DNA from: Elusimicrobiota bacterium
GTDB lineage: Bacteria; Elusimicrobiota; Elusimicrobia; Elusimicrobiales; UBA9959
DNA: 47,524 nucleotides
Assembly (NCBI GenBank): GCA_027340875.1
Contig: DAIENX010000015.1
Span: 1-47,524, forward strand
Direction of reading: 5' to 3'
Shown: piece after piece, positions 27,013 through 38,000 of the stretch
How positions within the stretch are numbered: the first letter of the stretch is position 1
How the letters are laid out: every line of letters begins with the position of its first letter
The notes under the pieces: generated by a model
The model's database searches: none
Told to the model about the DNA's origin: nothing
What the model saw: the letters and a program-made list of their open reading frames with translations, nothing else
Translations under genes and position numbers: made by a program

Positions 27013-28160
27013 CTAAAGCCTTTAAGACAGCCGGCCTGCTGGCCGCTTCGGTGATCTGCTTCGGCGCGGTTTCTTTCGCGAAGCCCGCGCCGGACTTCAG
27101 CGTGGCGAAGGTGCTGAACGCGCCTGTAAAGAGCGTAAAGAGCCTTAAGGACCTGAAGGGCAAGGTGGTGTTCCTTGAGTACTGGGCCACCTGGTGCGGC
27201 CCCTGCGTGGCCAGCATCCCTCACATGAACAGGCTGGAAGAGGCGCTGAAGGGCGAGCCTGTGGTCTTCCTGTCCGTCACCGACGAGCCGGAGGAGAAGA
27301 TAGCCGGATTCCTGAAGACCCACGAGATGAAGGCCTGGGTAGGACTGGACGAGAAGCACTCCTCGTTCAAGGCTTACAGGATAAGCGGCCGGCCCGACGG
27401 CTACCTGATAGGCAAGGACGGCGAGTTGCTGGCCAGGATCTTCCCGGTGAACCTGCAGGAGAGCACGGTGCGCGACGCGATAGCCGGCAAGATGAAGCCG
27501 CAGCCGGTGGAATGGCCTGAGTCGAAGAAGGCCGCTTCCCCCAGGGCCGGCGGCAAGCCGCTGTTCGAGATCGTTATATCCTCTTCTCAGGGAAAGCCGA
27601 TGATGTCGGGCGGCTATACGAAGCTCGAATCGCAGGCGATGTCCTTTGCACAGAACATCTCACAGGTCTGGGAAGTTGAGCGGGACCAGGTACTGCTGGA
27701 TACGGAGCCAGTGAACTCTTTCAATCTGCTGCTGCAGACGCCTCCGGGAGGCATGGAGCAGGGGCTCGAGGCCCTTAAGGCGGCCATACAGTCCGCCTTC
27801 GGCGTTAAGGTGGTACAGGAGAAAAGGGAGACCGACGTCTACGCGCTGCGTCTCTCGACGGAACCCGGCGCTCCGCGCCCGAACCCCGGCGCAAGCGAGG
27901 TTCACCTGGGCCTGGTGTCCTACGGCGGCGGTTCGCTGGTGGGCACTGCCGAGATGCCTGAGATAGCCAAGGGCGTCTGGGCCAGCCTGGACAGGCCGGT
28001 GGTGGACGAGACCGGTCTTAAGGGCGTCTATGAGTTCGAGCTGAACTGGGAGTACGGGGACCCTGAGTCGGCGCGCAAGGCGTTGGCCGCCAAGGGCCTG
28101 CTGCTGGAGCCCTCGCGCGCCGTTATAGACTTCGTGCGCGTGACGCCGGCAGGGAAGTAG
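27009..28160 (+). CDS. TlpA-like redoxin fused to a TIGR03435/DUF3738-like domain
   Basis: EYWATWCGPC; AFGVKVVQEKRETDVYAL; RPVVDETGLKGVYEFELNW. Confidence 0.8.
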   Translation: MTKAFKTAGLLAASVICFGAVSFAKPAPDFSVAKVLNAPVKSVKSLKDLKGKVVFLEYWATWCGPCVASIPHMNRLEEALKGEPVVFLSVTDEPEEKIAGFLKTHEMKAWVGLDEKHSSFKAYRISGRPDGYLIGKDGELLARIFPVNLQESTVRDAIAGKMKPQPVEWPESKKAASPRAGGKPLFEIVISSSQGKPMMSGGYTKLESQAMSFAQNISQVWEVERDQVLLDTEPVNSFNLLLQTPPGGMEQGLEALKAAIQSAFGVKVVQEKRETDVYALRLSTEPGAPRPNPGASEVHLGLVSYGGGSLVGTAEMPEIAKGVWASLDRPVVDETGLKGVYEFELNWEYGDPESARKALAAKGLLLEPSRAVIDFVRVTPAGK

Positions 28161-28216
28161 GTGTAATTCCGCGGTGCGACACGCCGTTGTCGGGCGTCGC
28201 TGCTACTATATAGCGG

Positions 28217-31015
28217 ATGAGCATAGAGATCATAGACCCGAAAGCCTCCCTGGCCGAGAAGGCCGGGGAGCTGCTGCTTTCCGCCAGGGAGCCGGAGAAA
28301 TGCGTCGTCGTCTTCCCCGGCAAGCGGCCGGCCCATTTCCTGCGGAAGCACCTCGCGGAAAAGAAGGGCGGGGCGCTGAAATCGCCCGTCATCACGTCCA
28401 TGGACGGCTTCGTGGAACTGGCGGCGGAGGAGCTGGGGATAAAGGGAACGGCCGTATCCGCGCTGGACCTCGCCGAGGTCCTTTACGGGCGGCTTAAGAA
28501 AGAGCTTTGCGGTGTTATCTCGCGCCAGCCGGAAGACCTCACGCTGGACGCCTTCCTGCCTTGGGCGCTCAAGCTGATAGGCGACTTCGAAGAGCTGAAG
28601 GTGGAACTCAAGACCGAGAAAGACCTCGCCGCCTACGACGCCATCCTCCCCGAGGACCTGCGTACTTCTTCCTACATAAAGAAGCTCGAGAGCTTCAGCC
28701 GTCTCTATGGCGGCCTCTACAGGGAGCTCGCGAAGGGAGGCCTGCTGACGCGGTCCATGAAATACGCGGCCGTCTCCGGGAAAATAGCGGATCTCGACGC
28801 GGATAAATACGAGACGATAATTTTCGCCGGCTTCTTCGCGCTGACGGCCTCCGAGAAGAAGATCATCGCCCAGTTGGCCGGGCGCGGGGCGCGGCTGCTG
28901 CTGGAGCCGGGACCGGGGCTGGCCGAGCAGTTCGGCTTCCTCGGCGGCGGCGTGCAGGCGCTGGCGGCAGGGCGCGAGGCCAGGCCGGAAAAGCTGCGCT
29001 TCTACAAGGCGCCGGACACGCACGGCGAGGTGTTCAGCCTGGCGCGGGCGCTCGAGGACCCGGGTCCCGGAGACGTGATAGTGCTGCCGGAGCCGCAGGC
29101 GCTGTTCCCGCTGCTCGAGAACGCGCTGCCGGGCGTCGAGGACTACAACGTCTCGATGGGTTATCCGCTCGCGGCCACGCCCGTCTATGCCCTGCTGGAC
29201 GCGTTGGGAGATCTGCTGGACAAGAAGAACGAGGCCGGCTATTTCACGCCGAACTACCTCAAGTTCGTCTTCCACCCTTACGTCAAGAACGTCTATTTCA
29301 AAGGTTCCGCAGAGCCGGGCCGCGTGATCTTCCAGACGCTGGAGGAGCGCTTATCCGACAGGGCGAACAAGTATATCGCGCTGGCCGAGATAGAGGGGGA
29401 CGAGGGGCTGCAGGGCGAGGCCGCGGCCAAGCTCAAGGACTACGGCGGCAAGATGTGGCCGGCCGACGTGAAGGCCCATGTGGAGGCCGTGCACCGGGCG
29501 CTGATAAGGCCTTTCGAGCAGATAAGGGACATCGCTGATTTCGCGGGCAAGCTGCTGGACCTCATTTCTTATATTTCGGAGAACAGCACCGCGCCGCTGC
29601 ACCCGTACTGGGCGCCCTTCGTGGAGAAGGCGATAGAGCAGATAATAGAGCTGAAGAACTGCCGGCTGGCGGGCGAGCGTTTCGACGGGGCTTCCGGTTA
29701 CTTCAAGTTCTTCAAGGTCTTTATGCAGGGCGCTGGCTATCCTTTTCCGGGCACGCCTCTCAAGGGGCTGCAGGTGCTGGGCCTGCTGGAGACGCGCGGG
29801 CTCAAGTTCGGGCGCGTCTATTTCCTGGACGCCAACGCCGACGTGCTGCCCGCAGCGTGCAAGGAGGACACTATACTGCCGCACTCCGTGCGCGAGGGGC
29901 TGGGCCTGTCCACCTACAAGACCCGCGAGCGGCTCTCCCGCTATTATTTCAACACGCTGCTGGCCGGCGCGAGAGAAGCGCATATCTTCTACAAGGACTC
30001 GGCCGACAAGGAGCGCAGCCCTTTCGTTGAGCGGCTCGCCTGGGAGCTGGAGCGCGGCGGCAAGGCACCGGACGCGGAAGAGGTGCATTTGCGGGTGAAC
30101 TTTTCGCAGGGCGAACCTTTGGGCGCGGCCAAGACGCCGGAGCTCATCGCCGCCCTTGGAGCCCGCGAGTTCTCGCCTTCGGCTATCGATACGTATCTCG
30201 CCTGCGGGCTGCGCTTCTACTACCGTTACGGCCTCGGCCTCGCCGAGAAGGACGAGGTTTCGGACGATATAGAGCAGAGGGATATCGGCGTCATCGTGCA
30301 TGAGGTACTGGAGGATTTCTTTAGAGACAAGGCCGGGAAACCGCTCAACATCTTGGAGAAGGACTACGGTGAGATAGCGGCGGCCGCGGCGCGGGTATTC
30401 GAAGAGAAGCTCAAAGGCCATCAGGCCGGCGTGGAGTACCTGATAAAGCGCCAGGTGGAGAAGCGGCTCAAGGATATACTGGACTATCACCGGGACAATT
30501 TAACCGGGATAGAAATACTTGCCTGCGAGACTAAGCTAAAAGCTTCGATAAAGACTAAGGCGGGCGAGGTGAAGCTGCGCGGCTTCGCCGACAGGGTGGA
30601 CAGGCGCGGCGGCGTGACGCATATAGTGGACTATAAGACCGGTGCGGGCGCGGCGGTGCCGAACTGGACCCGGTTCGACCTGGGGATACGCGAGGACTGG
30701 GCTAGAACTTTGAAGTCCGTCCAGCTGCCGTTCTATCTCTTGGCCTATATGGGGGAGCATGGGCTGGATGCCGGCACGATGGACGCTTCGCTGCTGCTGC
30801 TCGGGGCGGAGAATATCGCCGAAGAGACGCTTTATAAGGCGCGCTACAAGAAGGTGCCGGACAAGAAAGCCATATTCGGGACCTATGAAGAGGCGATAAG
30901 GACGCTGCTCGAGGAGATACTGGACCCGGCGGCGGAGTTCGGGCCGGCAGCCGACGAGGCCGAATGCTCCGGCTGCGCGTTCAGGACGATGTGCGGACGC
31001 CAGTGGGTGGAGTAG
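28217..31015 (+). CDS. AddB/RexB-like PD-(D/E)XK nuclease with probable Fe-S cluster
   Basis: VVFPGKRP; LQVLGLLETRG; FSPSAIDTYLAC; RGFADRVD; VDYKTG; CSGCAFRTMC. Confidence 0.85.
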   Translation: MSIEIIDPKASLAEKAGELLLSAREPEKCVVVFPGKRPAHFLRKHLAEKKGGALKSPVITSMDGFVELAAEELGIKGTAVSALDLAEVLYGRLKKELCGVISRQPEDLTLDAFLPWALKLIGDFEELKVELKTEKDLAAYDAILPEDLRTSSYIKKLESFSRLYGGLYRELAKGGLLTRSMKYAAVSGKIADLDADKYETIIFAGFFALTASEKKIIAQLAGRGARLLLEPGPGLAEQFGFLGGGVQALAAGREARPEKLRFYKAPDTHGEVFSLARALEDPGPGDVIVLPEPQALFPLLENALPGVEDYNVSMGYPLAATPVYALLDALGDLLDKKNEAGYFTPNYLKFVFHPYVKNVYFKGSAEPGRVIFQTLEERLSDRANKYIALAEIEGDEGLQGEAAAKLKDYGGKMWPADVKAHVEAVHRALIRPFEQIRDIADFAGKLLDLISYISENSTAPLHPYWAPFVEKAIEQIIELKNCRLAGERFDGASGYFKFFKVFMQGAGYPFPGTPLKGLQVLGLLETRGLKFGRVYFLDANADVLPAACKEDTILPHSVREGLGLSTYKTRERLSRYYFNTLLAGAREAHIFYKDSADKERSPFVERLAWELERGGKAPDAEEVHLRVNFSQGEPLGAAKTPELIAALGAREFSPSAIDTYLACGLRFYYRYGLGLAEKDEVSDDIEQRDIGVIVHEVLEDFFRDKAGKPLNILEKDYGEIAAAAARVFEEKLKGHQAGVEYLIKRQVEKRLKDILDYHRDNLTGIEILACETKLKASIKTKAGEVKLRGFADRVDRRGGVTHIVDYKTGAGAAVPNWTRFDLGIREDWARTLKSVQLPFYLLAYMGEHGLDAGTMDASLLLLGAENIAEETLYKARYKKVPDKKAIFGTYEEAIRTLLEEILDPAAEFGPAADEAECSGCAFRTMCGRQWVE

Positions 31016-31077
31016 CGGCCGCGGGGGCAAGCGCGGTCAGAACGCGCGGTCCTCTTAATGTATAATCTAAACGGACT

Positions 31078-31761
31078 ATGGGCCGTACCACACTGCTTAT
31101 CGTTGACGACGACCCGGCGTGGCTTAAGATGATGGCCGGGTTCTTTGCCGCTGAGGGCTTTGACGTCAGGACCGCCGGTTCCTGCGCCGAGGCCGTAGCC
31201 GCCGCGGGCGCTTCCCGACCGGACTGCCTGCTGCTGGATTACCACATGAATGACGGCGACGGCGGTATGGTCTGTTCCTCGCTCCGTTCCGACGCCGCTC
31301 TCAGGAATACTCCGATCATAATGGTCAGCGCCGACCCGGCCCAGGAGATACCGGCCTACGCCGAATACCAGGCGGACGGCTTCATACTCAAGGGCTCGCC
31401 GCTGGCCAAGATACGCGCCGTTGTGGACAGCGTTCTCAGGCGGGTGGCGTGGGAGCGAGGCATCATAGAGAAGGGCGACCTCCGCCTGGAGAAAGAGACC
31501 CTGGGCGTCTTCCGTAATTCCAAGCCGGCCGTCACCCTGTCCAAGAACCAGTTCCAGCTCTTGTCGCTGCTGGTCGAGAGAAGTCCGGCTTTTGTGCCCG
31601 AGGCCGAGATAGCCTGCCTGATACTTGGCGTGGCGCAGGATGAGAGATCCGACGCGGTGCGCGCTCTGGTGCACAGGCTCAGGCAGAAACTGGGGCTGCA
31701 GCTGGGCCGGCGCATAAAGTGCAAGCGCAACCTGGGCTGGATCTACGTACAGCCCGCCTGA
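31078..31761 (+). CDS. OmpR-like response regulator (receiver + winged helix)
   Basis: IVDDD, LLDYHM, ILKG; LSKNQFQLL...VHRLRQKL...RNLGW. Confidence 0.85.
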   Translation: MGRTTLLIVDDDPAWLKMMAGFFAAEGFDVRTAGSCAEAVAAAGASRPDCLLLDYHMNDGDGGMVCSSLRSDAALRNTPIIMVSADPAQEIPAYAEYQADGFILKGSPLAKIRAVVDSVLRRVAWERGIIEKGDLRLEKETLGVFRNSKPAVTLSKNQFQLLSLLVERSPAFVPEAEIACLILGVAQDERSDAVRALVHRLRQKLGLQLGRRIKCKRNLGWIYVQPA

Positions 31762-32033
31762 GCCGTCTTCACGCCGTTTTCTGGTCCCTTGCCCCCAAAA
31801 ATTAGACAGTCATTTCTCATTGGGGAAACCACCTCGAACGTGACGCAAGCGTATTTGACAATACGCGGATCATGCATTACACTATTTCCGCGCTATTATA
31901 TTCGCGAAAGCGTGCCGGGGCGGCCAATTTATTGAGGATAATTTGGCTTTATACGGGTATTTTTTTGAAAGTGCTCTGTTATAGTCGAAGTATCCCCATA
32001 AACCAAGGGGAAATCTCCGGGGCGGAGAGATAC

Positions 32034-35000
32034 ATGCTGGGGTTCCTGCATGGCGGCGTGGAAAGAACTGGTAGGCGCATTATAATGGGCCTGGCCTGCG
32101 CCGGCTTTTCTTGTCTATATGCTGGGGACCTCTCCGCAGCCGATCAAATTACCGGCTCCCTGGTCACGGCCAGGTATTCCCATACGGCGACATTATTGCC
32201 TGACGGAAAGGTCTTGGTGACTGGAGGGCAGGGCTCCAGTTATCTGGCTTCTGCGGAGATATATGATCCCGGGACAGGCGTATTCTCAAGTACGGGGGCC
32301 ATGTCAGTTCCGAGGTATATGCACGCCGCCACGCTGCTGCGGAACGGGAAAGTGCTTGTTTCCGGAGGCTATACCGACCCTCCGGTCTACTATCCTTCCG
32401 GAGCGGAACTTTTCGATCCTCAGACCGGAAGTTTTTCCGGCGCCGGAACGATGGTCAACCCCAGAGAGGATCATACGGCGACGCTTCTGAACGACGGCCG
32501 CGTCCTTATCGCCGGCGGTTTCAATTTCGGGGATGTCCCCGGTGCGGAGATCTATGACCCGGCATTGAGTTCTTTTACTGCGACCGGCGCCATGGTCTCG
32601 CCCAGGCGGTTCCATAAGGCTACGCTGCTCGCCAACGGCAAGGTCCTTATAACCGGCGGGTACAACTCCTCCGGCACGCTTTCTACGGCCGAGTTGTACG
32701 ACCCCGCATCCGGCACGTTCTCGGCAACCGGCTCAATGAGCGTGCCTCGCTACTATCATACATCCACCCTGCTGCCCAACGGGAAAGTGCTTATAACCGG
32801 CGGTCTGGAGTACTCTCCGCCTTATTCATCGGCCGAACTTTATGACCCTGAGACAGGGACGTTCTCTCCCGCGGGAGGAATGACCGCAGCAAGGGAACTG
32901 CACACCGCTACCTTGCTCCCGGACGGCAGAGTTTATATAGCCGCCGGCCGCAATGGCTCTTATCTGGATACTGCCGAGATATACGATCCTGGCAGCGGCA
33001 TATTCGCGTCCACCAATTCCCTTGCGGGCGGTCTCCGCGCTGTGCATACCGCCACGCAGCTGCAGGACGGCCGGATACTCTTCTCCGGGGGGATGTATAA
33101 CGGCTCGGCTATCGCAACAGCGTCGTTGTACACGCCTCCGCTTCATCCGGCTCCCGGAACATTGACATCCCTCGCCGCCGCGCCAGCCGGTTACGTGGGC
33201 GCGCTTACGCTGAGTTGGATCGCTCCAGGCAACGACGGGACCGTCGGTACGCTGGGTTCCGGCAGTGAGTTCTATGTCCAGTATTCCACTTCTTACGGCG
33301 TTTCCTGGAGTACGGCTTCTGCGCAGGTCGTAGTGTCCACCAGCGGCGTGCCTGCCGGAGGCCTTGTCAGCTCTAGAATAGGGGGACTGGACCCGGGAGC
33401 TACCTATTACCTGGCGGTATGGCATCAGGACGAGAGCGGAAACCTGAGCGGCGTCTCGAATATCGCCGCCTCGGTAGCCAAGCCGTTCCCGGCCGTCACT
33501 GTAACCCGCACGCTTAACCCTGACGGTACCTGGCGCGTGAACTTCCCTACCGGCTACTCCGGCTACACTTTTAACGGCCTGGCATTGGACGCCACCGGTC
33601 ATATGTATCTGACCGGGAACGTTTCGAACGGGCAGAACGTGGATGAATTCGTCCATAAATACGATCAGTCCGGCAACCTGCTGTTGGCCAAGTATTACAA
33701 CGGCGCCGACAACTGCGGCGAATCGGCCGTGACGGACGTGGCGGTGGACCGGGTCAGCGGGGCGGTCTATCTGGTCGGATCAGAGTGCATGACCGCCCCG
33801 TCGAGCGTGGACCTGCTGTTGAAGTACGGGGCGGACGGGCGGATGGAGTGGAAGCGCACGCAAAAAGGGACTTCCGCTACGGAAGGTCAGGGGCTCTACG
33901 CGGTGACCGTAGACGACCAGGGCAACGTATACGTCGGAGGCAGCGTCAGCAGCGGAGGCGACAGGAATTCCTGGGTGGCGAAGTACGGTCCCTCCGGCAA
34001 CATGCTGTGGGCCTCCACGCACACTTTCTCTCTCAACTACGACTGGGTGAATTCGCTGACGCTCAGCGGGGGCTATGTCTACGCTGCGGGCAGCGCGGAT
34101 ATGTCCTCTCTGGGGCAGGGCCAGAACGGCACGGTCTGGAAGCTGGATGCCGCTACGGGAACCGAACAATGGGTCAAGGTCTACAACGGCGCCGCCAACC
34201 GCAACGAGGACGCGCTGGCCATAGCGGCCGACACTTCCGGTTATCTCTATATAGCGGGCGACGAGCAGCTGGCTTCCGGAGACGTCGCGTTGCTGAGTCA
34301 GAAGCGTGACCCGGCCGGCAATACGGTCTGGAGCAGTACTGATAATTATATTTCCGGCGGGACCGACATCTACCGTTCCCTGCAGATCGGCCTGGACGGC
34401 AACATCTACGAAGGCGGCACGGCAGGTGACCCTGTCAACGGCCAGGACATTCTTTTGACCAGGCGCGGCCTGGACGGCAGCCTGCTTGGCGCCTACTCGG
34501 CCGATATCGCCGGAGGGAACGAAGAGGTGGACGAGGCCGTGCCTTTCGGGAGCATGCTGCTGCTTGCCGGCTACACTACTATTGGCGGCCAGAAGCAGAA
34601 TTTCCTGCAGCAGTTGAAAATGTCCGACCTTATACTGCCGGACACGTCCGCGCCCTCGGTGGCCGTGCTAACCCCGGCAGACGGCGCGTATGTGAACTCA
34701 CTGACGTCGATAACGGGCACGGCGGCGGACAATGTGGCGGTGGCGTCGGTGACTGTGTCCATACGGCGGCTTTCCGACGGCAATTACTGGGGCGGCGCTG
34801 CCTGGGCGGCCTCCCAGGCCTGGCTGAACGCTACATTGTTTCCTTCATCGTGGACTTATTCGAATATGCCCATCTGGGCGGACGGTTCCACCTATACCGT
34901 GACGGCTCGCGCCATGGATACCGCCGGCAACTGGTCTTCGGCCTATTCCACAAGCACTTTTGTGTTCTCGCTGGCTTTCTCCCCTACGGTTTCAATGTCG

Positions 35001-38000
35001 GTCGGCCGTTCCGGATTCGGGGGGGTATTGCTGCAGAACGGCAAGGTACTGGTAGCTGGCGGCGCCAATACCGGCGGCAATCTTTCTTCCGCCGAGCTGT
35101 ACGACCCAGTACTAGCCACTTTCACCGTTACCGGTTCCATGTCGGTCGTAAGATTCTTCCAGCGTATGACATTGCTGCCCAATGGCAAGGTCCTGGTGAG
35201 CGGCGGCACCTCCGCGAATAACCAGTCCTACGCCTCCGCCGAGCTATATGACCCGGTTAGCGGCACGTTCTCGCTGACGGGGTCCATGTCCACAAGCAGG
35301 CTGTACCATACTGCCACGCTCCTCCCGAACGGGAAGGTACTGGTAGCCGGCGGCGCCGTAAGCGGAGGGATCACTGTAACATCTTCCGCCGACCTGTACG
35401 ATCCCGCCACCGGGACGTTCACGCCTACCGGTTCCATGAGCGTCCCCAGGAACGCACATACGGCAACGCTGCTGCGCAACGGGAAGGTATTGATAGCGGG
35501 AGGACAATCCGGCTGGGGCGGTGGGACCCGGTATGCATCCGCCGAGCTGTACGACCCTGCCTCCGGCACGTTCTCTCCGGCCGGGAATATGGGCGCGGCC
35601 CGCGTGGTGCACACCGCCACGCTGTTCGCTGACGGCAGGGTGCTGGTTGCCGGCGGATATGGAGTTGCGACCAGCTCGTCGGCCGAGATCTACGATCCGG
35701 ACACCGGCCAGTTCACCCCGACGGGTTCCATGGGCGTAACCAGGATGTATTTCGATGCGGTATTGCTTGGCGACAGCAAGGTTCTCGTGGCCGGTGGTAG
35801 TTCGGGGTCTGCCCCCCTAGCGTCCGCCGAACTCTACGACCCGGCTGCCGGCACATTCTCGCCCACGGGTCCGATGAGCTATCCCAGGCAATATTGTAAT
35901 TTGATCAGTTTGGCGGACGGGCGGGTGCTCGCCGCCGGAGGGGACGGCGGCGGCGTAGCGCTGTCGCAGGCGGACCTGTACGGGCATGCGCCGGCCGACT
36001 CCGTTCCTCCCACCCTGGCCGTGCTCAGTCCCGCCGATGGAACATATGTGAATTCGCTGGCGGCGATAGCCGGCACGGCGGCGGACGACAGCGCTATGGC
36101 CGCGGTGGCGGTTTCCATGCTCGACGGCGGGACCGGGAAATACTGGAACGGCTCTTCGTGGGCTGCCGGCCGGTCCTGGCTTAACGCGAATGTGTACCAG
36201 TCCTCCTGGACCTATTCCTTGCTGCCTGCGCTGGCGGACGGCTCCACCTACACGGTGACGGCGCGGGCCATGGACACCGCCGGCAACTGGTCTTCGGCCT
36301 ATTCCACCAGCACTTTCGTTTACGATATTTCGTCCCCTGCGGCAACAATTCTCACGCCGGCCAATGGCGCCAGGATAACTTCTCTTGCCTCTGTTTCTGG
36401 TTCAGCTGCGGATATTTCCCCCTTGGATTTCCCGCGGCTGCGTATATATGACGTAGCGCTCAATAGATACTGGAAGGGGGGCACCGGGACCTGCGGCATT
36501 ACGGTGCTGCCGGGCTGGGTAAATACTGATTGTCCCGGTTTCCCGGAGATATGGAACGTGGCGGCAGGCTCGACTTCTGTCGGCGGCGCTCTTTCCTGGG
36601 GTTTCGACTCATCTCAGGTTTCCTGGCCTAACAGGGATAACGAACTCCGTATAGAAGTGAAGAATACCGACCAGGCCGGCAATTACGGCGTAGCCGTTGC
36701 GACCTTCAGCTTTGATAATATCCCTCCGAACTCGCGCGTCACCTACCCGGCGGATGGGGGGTCGTATACTTCAATTACGGGGATATCAGGCACCTCTATA
36801 GATCTGACCTCGGCCATAACTGATGTGCGCATACGTATGTGGTATCTGTCCGGGGTGACCACATATTACTGGCAGCCGACAGTTCCCCACTGGGTATCAG
36901 CCGATACCGGATGGTGGTCAGTGGCCGGTGCCGCCGGCCCGAAGATTACGGTTAACCTGTGGACATATTCGAATTCCGATTTCACTAGTACGGGTACCGC
37001 CAACTATGCCTGGCAGGAAGGAACGCATGACGGTCAGCAGGGAAAGACCTTCTATGTGGTCACGCGCGCCGTGGATGCAGCCACCAACCAGGAAATCGGC
37101 TATAGTACCCGAAGTTTCGTTTATGGCACTGCGCCGGACGTGCAGCCGCCGGTTGCCGGCATAGTTTCACCTCCGAACGGAGAAATACTTAATTCCATTT
37201 CACAGATATATGGCACCGCGGCGGACAATGTGGCGGTGGCGTCGGTGACTGTGTCCATCCAGCGGCTTTCCGACGGCAATTACTGGGGCGGTGCTGCCTG
37301 GGCGGCTTCCCAGGCCTGGCTGAACGCTACATTGTTGCCTTCATCGTGGACTTATTCGAATATGCCCATCTGGGCGGACGGTTCCACCTATACCGTGACG
37401 GCGCGGGCCATGGACACCGCCGGCAACTGGTCTTCCGCCTATTCCACCGGCACTTTCGTTGTCTCGCTGGCTTTTTCGCCTACAGTTTCGATGTCGGTCG
37501 GCCGGTCCGCGTTCGGCGGGGTACTGCTGCAGAACGGCAAGGTGCTGATAGCGGGCGGCGCTAATACCGGCGGCAATCTTTCTTCAGCAGAACTGTATGA
37601 TCCGGTCCTGTCCACTTTTACCGCTACCGGGTCCATGTCGGTCATAAGATTCTTCCAGTGTATGACATTGCTGCCCAATGGCAAGGTCCTGGTGAGCGGC
37701 GGCACCTCCGCGAATAACCAGGCCTACGCCTCCGCCGAGCTGTACGATCCGGCTACAGGAACGTTCTCTCCCACCGGCTCCATGTCCACGAGCAGGCGGC
37801 ATCATACCGCCACGCTCCTTCCGAACGGGAAAGTGCTGGTAACCGGCGGCGGCGTAAACGGAGGATTCGTGGTAACCGCCTCCGCGGATCTGTACGATCC
37901 CGCCACCGGGATGTTCACCCCTACCGGTTCCATGAGCGTCCCGCGTACCGCGCACACCGCCACTCTGCTGCGTAACGGGAAAGTACTGATAACCGGGGGC

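Noticed and set aside
31872..32033. Earlier start of the giant protein
   Set aside because: AT-rich promoter-like DNA with no SD; ATG 32034 has GGAG and a signal peptide
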